Positions 1 to 10,362 of a stretch of 64,000 bases of DNA are shown piece by piece (the first letter of the stretch is position 1; the number at the start of each line of letters is the position of its first letter). The notes beneath the pieces are model-generated. The model worked only from the letters and a program-made list of their open reading frames with translations. It was not told the origin of the DNA and did no database searches. The translations under genes were made by a program, and so were the position numbers. Origin of the DNA: an uncultured Alphaproteobacteria bacterium (GTDB lineage Bacteria > Pseudomonadota > Alphaproteobacteria > HIMB59 > GCA-002718135); assembly GCA_902593125.1 (NCBI GenBank), contig CACJGU010000002.1:4808-68807 (forward strand). The letters run 5' to 3'.

Positions 1-125
1 AATTGGCGTGTTTTTTGTATTAATTAAGACTAAAACAAAGAAGGCTTGAACAATTTATTTTGTTTTTTTTTATTTAGCTTATATGGTTCAGCTATAATTT
101 AGAACTACTTCTTCAAGGAGGAAAC

Positions 126-959
126 GTGAAAAAAATTTTAATATATTTACTATCAATAGGTATTTTTGGAGTTGCTTCAATTGCAAATTCACAAACAATT
201 AGAATTGGTACAGAAGGTGCTTATCCACCATGGAATAATCTAAACTCAGCTGGTGAACTAGAAGGTGCGGAGATAGACTTTGGTAACGAAGCTTGTGAGC
301 GCATGGGAGTCACTTGTGAATGGGTAACTCAAGATTGGGATGGTATAATACCTGCTCTTCTTCAAGGTAAATATGATATCATAATTGCCGGGATGTCTAT
401 TACTGAAGAAAGAAAAGAAAAGGTTAACTTTACAACTGGTTATATGACAGATGGAGCAAGGTTTGCTGTTTTAAAAGATAGTGGATTAGCAGATTTAAAT
501 ATTGCTGGTATGGCAAAAGTAAACTTAAATAATGCTGGAGGTAAAGAACAAGCAGCTATTGGTCAGCTTGTAGCTGCAATGGATGGAAAAACTGTTTGTG
601 TTCAATCTTCAACAATTCATCAAAATTTTTTAGAAAAGCATATGTCTGGTGCTGTAGATGTAAAACTTTATCAAGCGGTTGATGATCATAATCTGGATTT
701 AGCTGCTGGTAGATGTGATGCTGTACTAGCTGATGTTGGTTCGATTATTGATTTTATGGAATCAGATGGCGGTGTTGATGTTGCGTTTACTGGACCTACC
801 TTTTCAGGTGGAGTTTTTGGTGATGGTGTAGGTGGAGCTGTTCGTAAAGAAGACAATGATATTTTGGAAATGTGGAATGCAGCTATTTCAGAGATGTCAA
901 AAGATGGAACTACTGCTGAAATTACTAAAAGATGGTTCGGTAGAGATATATCTATGTAA
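126..959 (+). CDS. Periplasmic solute-binding protein of an ABC transporter (family 3; basic amino acid/opine type)
   Basis: GTG start preceded by AAGGAGG (115-121). Signal peptide MKKILIYLLSIGIFGVASIANS. IRIGTEGAYPPWN and IIAGMSIT motifs are typical of His/Lys/Arg/opine-binding proteins. Confidence 0.8.
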   Translation: MKKILIYLLSIGIFGVASIANSQTIRIGTEGAYPPWNNLNSAGELEGAEIDFGNEACERMGVTCEWVTQDWDGIIPALLQGKYDIIIAGMSITEERKEKVNFTTGYMTDGARFAVLKDSGLADLNIAGMAKVNLNNAGGKEQAAIGQLVAAMDGKTVCVQSSTIHQNFLEKHMSGAVDVKLYQAVDDHNLDLAAGRCDAVLADVGSIIDFMESDGGVDVAFTGPTFSGGVFGDGVGGAVRKEDNDILEMWNAAISEMSKDGTTAEITKRWFGRDISM

Positions 960-980
960 TTTAATATAAATTCTTTTGAA

Positions 981-1012
981 AAAGCGGTTTTATATTAAGA
1001 CCGCTTTTTTTA
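981..1012 (+). terminator. Rho-independent terminator after the binding-protein gene
   Basis: 8-bp stem AAAGCGGT (981-988) / ACCGCTTT (1000-1007) followed by a T-run (1005-1011). Confidence 0.7.
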
Positions 1013-1050
1013 TGTTTTGCATTAATTGATAAATTAGAATACCAAATGAT

Positions 1051-1344
1051 TTGTATAGTTTTATGATTTCACTTCTTGGATTAATTGTTCAGATTATTAA
1101 CTTGTTTCAATTTATACTTATTATTTATATTATTGGAACCTGGTTGGTTAACTTTAATGTTATAAATACAAACAACCGACTTGTTTTTACTATAATGGAT
1201 GCAATGTATCGATTATGTGAGCCAAGTCTACATTTTGTAAGAAGGTATTTACCCACATTTGGCTCTCTAGATTTATCTCCAATAGTTGTCTATCTTGGAC
1301 TATGGTTTATAAAAAGTTTGCTAATTGAATATTGGCCAAGATAA
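1051..1344 (+). CDS. yggT: YggT-family small integral membrane protein
   Basis: 97 aa with two hydrophobic segments and a central motif ([16 protein letters not shown]) typical of the YGGT family. The start could be TTG 1051 or ATG 1063. Confidence 0.7.
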   Translation: MYSFMISLLGLIVQIINLFQFILIIYIIGTWLVNFNVINTNNRLVFTIMDAMYRLCEPSLHFVRRYLPTFGSLDLSPIVVYLGLWFIKSLLIEYWPR

Positions 1345-1346
1345 AA

Positions 1347-2234
1347 ATGTCAAAAATTATAGATGGTAAAATAATTGCTAGCAGTCTGAGAAGGGACTTA
1401 AGCAGGGAAATAATTTCACTAAAAGAAAAATATAACAAAGTACCAGGTTTAGCTGTGGTACAAGTAGGTAATGTAGCTGCAAGTAGTGTTTATGTAAAAG
1501 CAAAAACTAAAAGTGCTCTAGAAGTTGGAATAGAAGTTATTGACCATCATTTAGAAGATTTAACAACTGAAAAAGAATTATTAGATTTAGTTGATAAACT
1601 AAATAATCAAAATAATGTTAATGGTATACTGGTTCAACTTCCTCTGCCAAAACATATGGACGAACAGAAGATTTTAGACTCCATAAGTCCAGATAAAGAT
1701 GCCGATGGATTTCATCCTCTAAATGTTGGTAGACTATCAATTAGTGCATCTAATAATGAAAACTTATTAATTCCTTGCACACCTTATGGATGTCTCCTGA
1801 TGTTAAGAAGCCTTGATATTGATCTAAGTGGTAAAAATGCAGTTGTGGTTGGAAGGTCAAATATAGTAGGTAAACCAATGGCTCAACTATTATTAAAAGA
1901 GTCATGTACTGTTACTGTAGCGCACTCAAAAACTCAAAATTTAAAAAACATATGCAGAGGTGCAGATATATTAGTTGCAGCTGTAGGAAGGCCTGAAATG
2001 ATAAAGGGAGATTGGATCAAAGATGGTGGAATTGTTATTGATGTCGGTATCAACAGGATTGAAAAAAGTATAAATGGTGAAAGCAAAAAAAAGCTTGTCG
2101 GTGATGTAGAATACTCTGAAGCTGAAAAAAGAGCGTCAGCAATTACACCAGTTCCAGGCGGTGTAGGACCTATGACTATCGCATGTCTCTTAAGAAATAC
2201 GACAATTGCCTTTAAAAATTCTTTAAAAAGTTAA
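1347..2234 (+). CDS. folD: Bifunctional methylenetetrahydrofolate dehydrogenase/cyclohydrolase FolD
   Basis: MSKIIDGK N-terminus, [16 protein letters not shown] Rossmann motif and [13 protein letters not shown]-terminal motif. ATG 1347 is preferred over the upstream TTG 1332 of the ORF track. Confidence 0.93.
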   Translation: MSKIIDGKIIASSLRRDLSREIISLKEKYNKVPGLAVVQVGNVAASSVYVKAKTKSALEVGIEVIDHHLEDLTTEKELLDLVDKLNNQNNVNGILVQLPLPKHMDEQKILDSISPDKDADGFHPLNVGRLSISASNNENLLIPCTPYGCLLMLRSLDIDLSGKNAVVVGRSNIVGKPMAQLLLKESCTVTVAHSKTQNLKNICRGADILVAAVGRPEMIKGDWIKDGGIVIDVGINRIEKSINGESKKKLVGDVEYSEAEKRASAITPVPGGVGPMTIACLLRNTTIAFKNSLKS

Positions 2235-2236
2235 TC

Positions 2237-3088
2237 TTATTTAAATATCTTATTAATTTCATTTAAATAATAGTTAACGCTAATATTATTTCTTGCTTCC
2301 TCACAATGATAACATCTTTCCCTGTATAAACCACAAGGTGAAATCTTATGTTCATAATAAATATTTGTATGAAATTCATAACCAATTATTTTAGGATCTA
2401 TCCAACCACCATAATAAACAACTGCTTTTTTATCTAATGCTCCTGCTACATGACTAAATCCTCCTTCGGGACCAACATAGATGTCGCAAAGTTTCATTGT
2501 AGCACATGCAATTCTAAAGCTCATATTTTCTGTTTTATAAATTTCATTTATATCTAATGTTTTATTGTGGTTGGAGTGTATGATTAAATAAGAATTTTTA
2601 AGCTCCCGTACTAATGCTAACCAATTATCTTTTCCCCAATCTTTATTAATTTGTTTAAATGACCAATTCTTATGATCAATTTTAGTGGAAGATGTTTCTA
2701 AAAAAATAATGCCATTGAATTTTTTTGTGTTGTTTTTTTTCCAAAATAACTTTGCATCATCTATTATAGATTTAGCAACTTTAATTTCGTTAGTTGTAAA
2801 ATATAATTCACCGGGAGAAGCTTTATATTTATTATTCCATATATATTTTGTATTAGTACTTTTTTCATAATTTATATAAGGTCTGTTTTCTGGATGGTAA
2901 TCTACAATATGAATCTCCTTATTTTTATCAAGACTTCTACAATCTGAAATATTAGGATTGTTATCATAAATAATAGAATGATGAGCTTGTTTTTTTGCAA
3001 AATTGCCAATTACAATTTGTCTATTTGGGAATTTCTTTTTTAAATTTGCTGCTAATGCAGTAACTAGCAAATCATCGCCATACCCCAT
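2237..3088 (-). CDS. Glycosyltransferase family 9-like (heptosyltransferase-like) protein
   Basis: N-terminal [21 protein letters not shown] resembles the GxGD...P motif of GT9 enzymes. Its start overlaps the argG stop by 1 nt (TAATG). Confidence 0.55.
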   Translation of the reverse strand: MGYGDDLLVTALAANLKKKFPNRQIVIGNFAKKQAHHSIIYDNNPNISDCRSLDKNKEIHIVDYHPENRPYINYEKSTNTKYIWNNKYKASPGELYFTTNEIKVAKSIIDDAKLFWKKNNTKKFNGIIFLETSSTKIDHKNWSFKQINKDWGKDNWLALVRELKNSYLIIHSNHNKTLDINEIYKTENMSFRIACATMKLCDIYVGPEGGFSHVAGALDKKAVVYYGGWIDPKIIGYEFHTNIYYEHKISPCGLYRERCYHCEEARNNISVNYYLNEINKIFK

Positions 3089-4296
3089 TATTTTTTAAGT
3101 AAATTTTTTAGTCTTAGTGAATTTATTTTTATGAAACCTTCAGCATCTTTTTGATTATAATTACCCTTTTCATCAAAAGACACAAGTGAGGGTTCATATA
3201 AACTATTCTGTGATCTTCTTCCCTCAATAATAACATTACCTTTAAAAACTTTTAAATTAACATCACCATTTACATTTTCTTGAGTTTTATCTATTAATTT
3301 TTGAAGTGTAATTCTTTCTGATGAGAACCACAAACCGTTATAAATAATTTCGGCATATTTTGGCATGATCTCATCTTTTAAGTGAGCTTCACCTTTATCA
3401 AGTGTTATACTTTCAATTGCACGGTGTGCGTGTAATAAAATAGTACCTCCAGGTGTTTCGTAGACACCTCTTGATTTCATTCCAACAAATCTATTTTCAA
3501 CTATATCTATTCTGCCCACTCCGTGCTCTCCTCCAATATTGTTTAATTCAGAAAGAATTTCATGTGGTTTTCTTTTTTTATCATTTAGCGCTACTGGATC
3601 TCCATTTTTAAATGTTATTTTAACTATTGATGGATGATCTGGAGTTTGTTCGATACTTTTTGTTCTTGAAAAAATATGTTCTGGAGGAGATGTCCAAGGA
3701 TCTTCTAATATTTTTCCTTCTGAAGATGTGTGTAGAAGATTAGCGTCAGTACTAAATGGAGGCTCACCTAGCTTATCTTTGGTAACACTAATTTGATGAA
3801 GTTTTGCAAACTCAATTAAATCATTTCTTGAATTAAACTCCCAATCTCTCCAAGGAGCAATAACCTGTATACCTGAATTACTTGCATAATACCCTAGCTC
3901 AAATCTTACCTGATCATTTCCCTTACCTGTTGCACCATGAGCAACAGCGTCTGCGCCTACACTTTCTGCAATCTCTATTTGTCTTTTAGCAATTAAAGGC
4001 CTTGCAATGGCTGTTCCTAAAAGATAACTGCCCTCATAAACAGTATTAGCCCTAAACATTGGAAAAACGTAATCCTTAACAAATGTTTCCTGAAGGTTTT
4101 CAATAAAGATTTCTTTAACTCCTAAGCTCTTTGCTTTTTCTTTTACAGGAGTTAATTCTTCTCCCTGACCAATATCAGCAGTAAAAGTTACAACAGGACA
4201 ATTATATTTTATTTGTAACCATTTTAAAATTACACTAGTGTCTAACCCGCCAGAATAGGCTAATACTATTTTTTTTGGCATCCTAACACTCTTCAA
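3088..4296 (-). CDS. argG: Argininosuccinate synthase
   Basis: [12 protein letters not shown]-pyrophosphatase motif, full-length (402 aa) similarity pattern to ArgG ([32 protein letters not shown]). Confidence 0.96.
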   Translation of the reverse strand: MKSVRMPKKIVLAYSGGLDTSVILKWLQIKYNCPVVTFTADIGQGEELTPVKEKAKSLGVKEIFIENLQETFVKDYVFPMFRANTVYEGSYLLGTAIARPLIAKRQIEIAESVGADAVAHGATGKGNDQVRFELGYYASNSGIQVIAPWRDWEFNSRNDLIEFAKLHQISVTKDKLGEPPFSTDANLLHTSSEGKILEDPWTSPPEHIFSRTKSIEQTPDHPSIVKITFKNGDPVALNDKKRKPHEILSELNNIGGEHGVGRIDIVENRFVGMKSRGVYETPGGTILLHAHRAIESITLDKGEAHLKDEIMPKYAEIIYNGLWFSSERITLQKLIDKTQENVNGDVNLKVFKGNVIIEGRRSQNSLYEPSLVSFDEKGNYNQKDAEGFIKINSLRLKNLLKK

Positions 4297-4753
4297 TTAG
4301 TTTGTTATATTCCGCGGTAAAACCTTTTAAAGTATATTCATCATTTGTAATTGTGCCTCTAGAAGACTCCCCCTTAACAACAAGTTCTAGTCCTTTTTTC
4401 ATAGCAAAAATTACTTTTGAGTCTTCATTGGTCCAAGCTGTTCCTGGAATTTCTTTAGTAGTGTAAAAGGTGTAATCACCTTTATCAATTTTTACTATTA
4501 TGTCAGCGTCTGTATTATAGTTATAGCCAGCTTCTATTTGAACGACAACCTCTGGGTTCCCAATATTTTTATAAACTAATATATAGTAGTCTCCTCTTTT
4601 CTTATCTGGAGACAAATCTGATTTAATTGCTTGACTTCCAATATAACAATACTCATCTGATTTAACAAATTTCCATTTACCTTTTTCTAAGGATGATGCA
4701 GAAAATGACATTAAACTGATAACTATGACAAAAAGACTTAAAATTATTTTCAT
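4283..4753 (-). CDS. Hypothetical exported protein
   Basis: Signal peptide [21 protein letters not shown]. No recognisable catalytic motif. Overlaps the argG start by 14 nt. Confidence 0.55.
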   Translation of the reverse strand: MKIILSLFVIVISLMSFSASSLEKGKWKFVKSDEYCYIGSQAIKSDLSPDKKRGDYYILVYKNIGNPEVVVQIEAGYNYNTDADIIVKIDKGDYTFYTTKEIPGTAWTNEDSKVIFAMKKGLELVVKGESSRGTITNDEYTLKGFTAEYNKLIEEC

Positions 4754-4824
4754 GTATTTTTCCTTTTAGTATATCTTACGCAAATAGTTAAGAATGTTTA
4801 AAATATATATAAACTAGCACTAAT

Positions 4825-5358
4825 ATGGATTATTCTGAACTTTCCAAATTAATGGTCAAAATAAGAGATAACCGCGACCAAATAGCCTTTTCTCAATTAT
4901 TTGATTTTTTGGCACCAAAAATTAATGGTTATTACCTTCAAAATGGCTTGATTAAGGACAATGCTGAAGAGTTAACTCAAGAGGTTATGAGTACAATCTG
5001 GTCAAAATCAGAACTATATGATGCTACGAAAGCTAGTATATCAACTTGGGTATTTACAATAGCAAGGAATAAAAAAGTCGACTTTTTCAGAAAAAACGCA
5101 ACAAAAAGTCTTAATGAAGAAGATGTTAGAGAGTTTTTATATGAGGAAAATAACAAAAATTCAGTCAATGAAAGTGAAATAAAAGATCAAGTAAATAGAA
5201 TAAATAAAGAGCTAAATAAAGAACAAAGAAAAATAATAAAAATGAACTTTTTTGAAAATAAAAGCCATAAAAAAATAGCTGAAGAGCTTGAAATTCCATT
5301 AGGTACAGTTAAATCAAGAATAAGGCATATTTTAACAAAAATGCAGAGATTATTATGA
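4825..5358 (+). CDS. ECF-type RNA polymerase sigma-70 factor (RpoE-like)
   Basis: Region 2 (WVFTIARNKKVDFFRK) and region 4 HTH (HKKIAEELEIPLGTVKSRIRH). Overlaps the downstream anti-sigma gene by 4 nt (ATGA). Confidence 0.85.
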   Translation: MDYSELSKLMVKIRDNRDQIAFSQLFDFLAPKINGYYLQNGLIKDNAEELTQEVMSTIWSKSELYDATKASISTWVFTIARNKKVDFFRKNATKSLNEEDVREFLYEENNKNSVNESEIKDQVNRINKELNKEQRKIIKMNFFENKSHKKIAEELEIPLGTVKSRIRHILTKMQRLL

Positions 5359-5981
5359 ACGGAACAGTAACTAGAAATCAGCTTATATTTGACTATGCAG
5401 CAGGTAAGCTTGGTCCATCAAAATCAATATTCACGTCTGCTTATTTATATCTAAATTCAAAAGCATCTGAACTGAATCAAACGTTCGAGTCCATGTTAGG
5501 AGATGATCTTATAAATAATGAAAATGTCCCTACAAGTAATCTTAAATTTACTGACTGCTTAAAATCAAATGACTATAAGGAAAAAGCTTCTAAAAACGTT
5601 GACCCAATAACAAAGTTGCTGGGTCCTCTCTCCGATATTAAATGGAAACAGATTTATAAAGGTTTTAGCGAATTCAACCCTAAAATTAATGATGAAGACG
5701 AACTCAAACTGATTAAAATGGAACCTGGAGCCTCTATTCCTATTCACTCACACGGGGGTAAAGAATATATACTTGTTTTAGATGGCAGTTTCTGTGACGA
5801 ATATGGAAAATATTCCAAAGGTGATATACAAATAAATGACCAACAAATAAAACATACACCTATTGCATGTCAGGATGAAGGTTGTGTATGTCTATCGATT
5901 ACTGAGAAAGATGCTATTTTCTTTGGGCGCTTTGGTTCATTCTTAAATCTGTTCACTTTTATTAAATCTTTTTTTAAGTAA
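5355..5981 (+). CDS. chrR: ChrR-like anti-sigma factor with C-terminal cupin domain
   Basis: Translationally coupled to the ECF sigma gene. Cupin motif PIHSHGGKEYILVLDGSF...KHTP. Confidence 0.7.
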   Translation: MNGTVTRNQLIFDYAAGKLGPSKSIFTSAYLYLNSKASELNQTFESMLGDDLINNENVPTSNLKFTDCLKSNDYKEKASKNVDPITKLLGPLSDIKWKQIYKGFSEFNPKINDEDELKLIKMEPGASIPIHSHGGKEYILVLDGSFCDEYGKYSKGDIQINDQQIKHTPIACQDEGCVCLSITEKDAIFFGRFGSFLNLFTFIKSFFK

Positions 5982-6009
5982 TTTACTAAATATATTTTAT
6001 AATACGGTT

Positions 6010-7002
6010 GTGAAAGAAATTACAACTAGTTTTCTACGGGCTAATCTAATTGAAAGCAGCCATAAACTTAAGATATTAGTAATGGATAAAAATAATAAAA
6101 CTTTATTTAGTACTAAAAATGATAGTGATTATATTTACCCAAGATCATCAATAAAAATTTTCCAAGCAATACCATTTATAAAATCAATGGCTGTTGAAAA
6201 ATTCAAATTAAATTCTAAACAAGTAGCATTAGCTTGTTCTTCTCACAGAGGTGAAAAATATCATATTGCAGAATTAAAAAACTGGTTAAAGAAAATTAAT
6301 TTTAAAAACAATATATTAAAATGTGGAATACATAATCCATTAAATACTATTGCGTTTGAAAAAATATTGAGATCAAATATTAAAGTAAATGAATTATATA
6401 ATAACTGCGCTGGTAAGCATCTTGCCATGATAACAGCATCAAAAATACAAAATTATAATATAAAGAATTATTTAAAATTTAATCACCCTCATCAAATTGC
6501 GATAAGGGATATTTTTAATTATTTTTCAGAAAAAAAAGTAAGTAAAAAAAATTATGGGATTGACGGTTGTAGCGCTCCTCAATATTCATTTAGAATTAAA
6601 GATATTGCAAAAATGTTAATTAAATTGACAGATAATTATAATAATAAATCAAAATACTCAAAAGAGGTAAAGCTATTAATTAATTCAATTTTAGAAAATC
6701 CAAAATATATTGGGGGAACAGATAGTCTAGATTCAAAAATTATTACTGTATCAAATAAAAAAATTTTTTGTAAAGGTGGTGCTGAGGGAGTTTTTCTTTT
6801 TTCAGATATAAAAAAAGGAGTTGTGGGAGTAGTTAAAGTTATTGATGGGAATGAAAGAGTTTTACCATCTGTAATGTATAATTTATTTAAAAAGCTTAAA
6901 ATAATGAAAGTTTCTGAATTAAATAATCTTAAAAAATATTATGATTTTAATATCAGTAATCATGCTAATATCAAAATTGGATCAATTCAAACTAACTTAT
7001 AA
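6010..7002 (+). CDS. Asparaginase II-family protein
   Basis: Motifs SSHRGE, NNCAGKHLAM and GIDGCSAP match my recollection of the asparaginase_II family. GTG start. Confidence 0.65.
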   Translation: MKEITTSFLRANLIESSHKLKILVMDKNNKTLFSTKNDSDYIYPRSSIKIFQAIPFIKSMAVEKFKLNSKQVALACSSHRGEKYHIAELKNWLKKINFKNNILKCGIHNPLNTIAFEKILRSNIKVNELYNNCAGKHLAMITASKIQNYNIKNYLKFNHPHQIAIRDIFNYFSEKKVSKKNYGIDGCSAPQYSFRIKDIAKMLIKLTDNYNNKSKYSKEVKLLINSILENPKYIGGTDSLDSKIITVSNKKIFCKGGAEGVFLFSDIKKGVVGVVKVIDGNERVLPSVMYNLFKKLKIMKVSELNNLKKYYDFNISNHANIKIGSIQTNL

Positions 7003-7423
7003 AAATTAATAAAAAAACAGAAATAAAAAAAGTTAATGGAAGTCTAAGAAAGTAATATGCTATTTTATTCTGTTTTTTAGAATATATAAATTTATAATCA
7101 AATAATAATTGTAAAATTAAAAAGATAACTAGTAATACTATTATTATTTTAAAGTCATAATTAATTAAATTTAAAATAATAATGAAAATAGAATATAGGC
7201 TCGGTAATAAGCCATAGATAACAATGATTTTATCTAGTTTTTTATCTAAATTCCAATTTATAGATCCTATAAAAACTATGATTATAATTGTGTAATAGAT
7301 AGAAAAATGTGTTGTTAATTCTGAATTTATTTGAAAAAGAAAATATTTATTAATAATGATAATTAAATACGGAATTAAACCTAAGTATGAAAATATAAAT
7401 TGCAGGTTTAGTTTTTGAAGCAT
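6992..7423 (-). CDS. Hypothetical integral membrane protein
   Basis: 143 aa, about 4 hydrophobic helices, no other motif. Confidence 0.5.
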   Translation of the reverse strand: MLQKLNLQFIFSYLGLIPYLIIIINKYFLFQINSELTTHFSIYYTIIIIVFIGSINWNLDKKLDKIIVIYGLLPSLYSIFIIILNLINYDFKIIIVLLVIFLILQLLFDYKFIYSKKQNKIAYYFLRLPLTFFISVFLLIFIS

Positions 7424-7429
7424 AAAAAG

Positions 7430-8305
7430 ATGATTGATAATATTAACCTAAATGCCATAGAAAAATTATTAAATAATAGAAAAATTAATAATAGCAAGTT
7501 ATTGTCGGATTCTTTTAGTATAAACTGTTATCAAATAGAAACATCTGATGATAAAAAATTTATAGTAAAATTTTACAAAGAAAGAAATAATAAATTTAAT
7601 GCTATAAATGCTGAAAGTAAAAATTTAAAATTTTTTGAAAAATTTAAACAAAATAACTTTCCAAAAATTAAAGCGTGTAACGATGATTATCTAATTATGA
7701 CATATATTGAAAATGATAACGAAAAACCATTAAAAATAAATTTAGATCTTCTTTCTGCAATTATTTTTTTACATTCTCAGAAAAATAAAGATTATGGTTT
7801 TAGTTTTGATACACAAATTGGAGGATTAAAACATTATAATAGTTTTGAAAATAATTGGATAAATTTTTTTAGAGATAAAAGATTAAATTATATTTATGAG
7901 CTAATTAATCAAACAAATCCAATGGATAGACAAATAAATAAAAAAATGGATTTACTGTTAAATAAACTTGATAATTTTATTCCAAATAATCCAAAACCTA
8001 GATTACTACATGGAGATATGTGGGAGGGCAATATTTTATTTAATAATAAAAAATTTGTTGGATTTATTGATCCTGGATCTTTCTTTGGACATAATGAAAT
8101 GGAAATAGCATATTTGAGGTGGTTTAATCCAAATTTTTTAGATAAAGATTTTTTAAGTAAGTACGAAAACTATATTAAAATAGATAAAAATTATTTGGAA
8201 TATGAAACAGTTTATCAAATTTACTATTGTTTGTTAAATGTATATCTTTGGGATAGATCATATGTTTTAAATACAAAACAATTACTTAATAAACTTAAAA
8301 TATAA
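7430..8305 (+). CDS. Fructosamine/ketosamine kinase-family protein
   Basis: LLHGDMWEGNILF and FIDPGSFFGHNEMEIA kinase motifs. ATG 7430 is preferred over TTG 7415, which would overlap the divergent neighbour. Confidence 0.8.
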   Translation: MIDNINLNAIEKLLNNRKINNSKLLSDSFSINCYQIETSDDKKFIVKFYKERNNKFNAINAESKNLKFFEKFKQNNFPKIKACNDDYLIMTYIENDNEKPLKINLDLLSAIIFLHSQKNKDYGFSFDTQIGGLKHYNSFENNWINFFRDKRLNYIYELINQTNPMDRQINKKMDLLLNKLDNFIPNNPKPRLLHGDMWEGNILFNNKKFVGFIDPGSFFGHNEMEIAYLRWFNPNFLDKDFLSKYENYIKIDKNYLEYETVYQIYYCLLNVYLWDRSYVLNTKQLLNKLKI

Positions 8306-8424
8306 TGTTTGAGCTTTCTTAACTATAGCAAATTACTACTTTTGAATAAAGAGCAAAAAGAAATGATTAAGGATGTTAATTATAATAAAGTTAATTTAGC
8401 AGCATACCACAATTAAAATAGTAA

Positions 8425-9480
8425 TTAAACACAAGGATTGGGATCAGATAAGTGTATGTTTTCTATTTCATTTAAGATTTCACTTGATAACTTTACATTT
8501 ATGCTATCGATATTTTCTTTAAGTTGAGACATTGAAGTTGCTCCTATAATATTACTTGTTACAAAAGGACGATCATTTACAAAAGCGTTAGCAAATGTAG
8601 ATGGAGAAATTCCATATTTTTTTGCAATTTTAAAATATGATTCTATTGCTACTTCACCTCTTTTTGTATTATGCCTACTAAATCTTCTCGGCCACAAAGT
8701 ATATCTTGCATTCTTTGGTTTTTTATTTCCAATGTATTTTCCGCTAAGTCTTCCTCCTGCTAAAGGAGAATAAGCTAACAGGCCGCATTTTTCTCTTATT
8801 GAAACTTCTGAATTTGCAATGTCAAATACTCTATTGACTAGACTATATACATTTTGAATTGATACCATTCTTGGTAATTTCTTTTCATTAGCAATTTGTA
8901 AAAATTTCATGACACCCCACGGAGTTTCATTTGACAAGCCAACATACCTAACTTTACCAGCTTTAATTAAACTGTGTAAATTATCTAAAACTTCCTCAAT
9001 TTGGGTCCATTCATTATCATTAGGATCATATTTAAAATCTAAGGTTCCAAATGAAGGTACTTTTCTCTCTGGCCAGTGAAGTTGATACAAATCAATATAA
9101 TCTGTTTTTAATCTTTTAAGACTATCGTCAATAGCAGTATTAATATTTTTCTTATCAAAGCCAAGATTTGTTGAGCCTTCTCTAATCCATTGAAGCCCTC
9201 CAACTGATTTAGAGGCAACTTTAGAGGCTAATATTATTTTATGTCTATTTTTTTTTACCTTAAACCAATTTCCAATAATTTCCTCAGTTTTACCATACGT
9301 TTCTTTTCTTGGCATAACTGCATACAACTCTGCAGTATCAAAAAAATTTACTCCTTTTTCTAACGAATAATCCATCTGATCAAATGCTTCTTCTTGAGTG
9401 TTCTGTTCACCAAATGTCATTGTTCCTAAACAAATTACGCTTACATCGATATTTGTATTTCCTAATTTTCTATACTTCAT
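8425..9480 (-). CDS. NADP-dependent aldo/keto reductase (Tas-like)
   Basis: MKYRKLGNTNIDVSVICLGTMTFG N-terminus, DTAELY and YQLHWP motifs. Confidence 0.85.
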   Translation of the reverse strand: MKYRKLGNTNIDVSVICLGTMTFGEQNTQEEAFDQMDYSLEKGVNFFDTAELYAVMPRKETYGKTEEIIGNWFKVKKNRHKIILASKVASKSVGGLQWIREGSTNLGFDKKNINTAIDDSLKRLKTDYIDLYQLHWPERKVPSFGTLDFKYDPNDNEWTQIEEVLDNLHSLIKAGKVRYVGLSNETPWGVMKFLQIANEKKLPRMVSIQNVYSLVNRVFDIANSEVSIREKCGLLAYSPLAGGRLSGKYIGNKKPKNARYTLWPRRFSRHNTKRGEVAIESYFKIAKKYGISPSTFANAFVNDRPFVTSNIIGATSMSQLKENIDSINVKLSSEILNEIENIHLSDPNPCV

Positions 9481-9549
9481 ACTATTTTTACAAAATGCCT
9501 TGAAATTGTTAGATTTATAGCGATATTAGTAATATTAAAAGGAGAAATT

Positions 9550-10302
9550 ATGGCTTTAGACTTTAATCAACGATCATTTACTAAATCAGTAGATCAGGCG
9601 GCAATTGATGAAGGCTTGCGAGCTTATATGCTTAAAGTCTACAATTACATGACAATTGGCTTGTTACTTACTGGTTTCATCGCATATTTTTTTGGGAAAG
9701 CATCAATAGTAACTAATGAAATGGGCCAAATTATAGGTGTTACACAATTAGGTGCATTGCTTTTTGGATCACCACTTAAGTGGGTAGTAATGTTAGCTCC
9801 TCTGGGTTTCGTATTTTATTTAAGTGCTAGGATTAACAAAATGTCCGTTTCTGCAGCACAAATAACTTTTTGGCTATTTGCAAGTATAATGGGCTTATCA
9901 TTAGCATCAGTATTTATAGAATTTACTCAAACCTCAATAGCAAGGGTTTTTTTTATAACAGCTAGTACATTTGGTGCAATGAGCCTATACGGATATACAA
10001 CGAAAAGAGATCTTACAAAATTAGGGGGTTTCTTATTTATGGGACTTATTGGAATAATTATAGCTAGTGTAGTCAATATTTTTGTTGGATCTTCAGCTAT
10101 GCAATTTGCTATATCCGTGATTGGGGTTCTAGTATTTGTAGGACTAACTGCATATGATACGCAAAATATTAAAAATATGTATTATGGTGGAGATAATGAG
10201 GAAATAGGATCAAAAAAAGCTCTTATGGGCGCATTAAAACTTTATTTAGATTTCATTAATCTATTTATCTTATTGCTTCAGTTGTTTGGCCAAAGAAGAT
10301 AA
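9550..10302 (+). CDS. Bax inhibitor-1/YccA-family membrane protein
   Basis: Seven predicted TM helices and an AYDTQNI motif. RBS GGAG upstream. Confidence 0.85.
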   Translation: MALDFNQRSFTKSVDQAAIDEGLRAYMLKVYNYMTIGLLLTGFIAYFFGKASIVTNEMGQIIGVTQLGALLFGSPLKWVVMLAPLGFVFYLSARINKMSVSAAQITFWLFASIMGLSLASVFIEFTQTSIARVFFITASTFGAMSLYGYTTKRDLTKLGGFLFMGLIGIIIASVVNIFVGSSAMQFAISVIGVLVFVGLTAYDTQNIKNMYYGGDNEEIGSKKALMGALKLYLDFINLFILLLQLFGQRR

Positions 10303-10334
10303 AACTTTAAAAATACATATTTAATTTTATTATA

Positions 10335-10362
10335 CCCAGTCTTTTAAAGGCTGGGTTTTTTT
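10335..10362 (+). terminator. Rho-independent terminator
   Basis: Stem CCCAGTC (10335-10341) / GGCTGGG (10349-10355) followed by T7, abutting the next ATG. Confidence 0.7.
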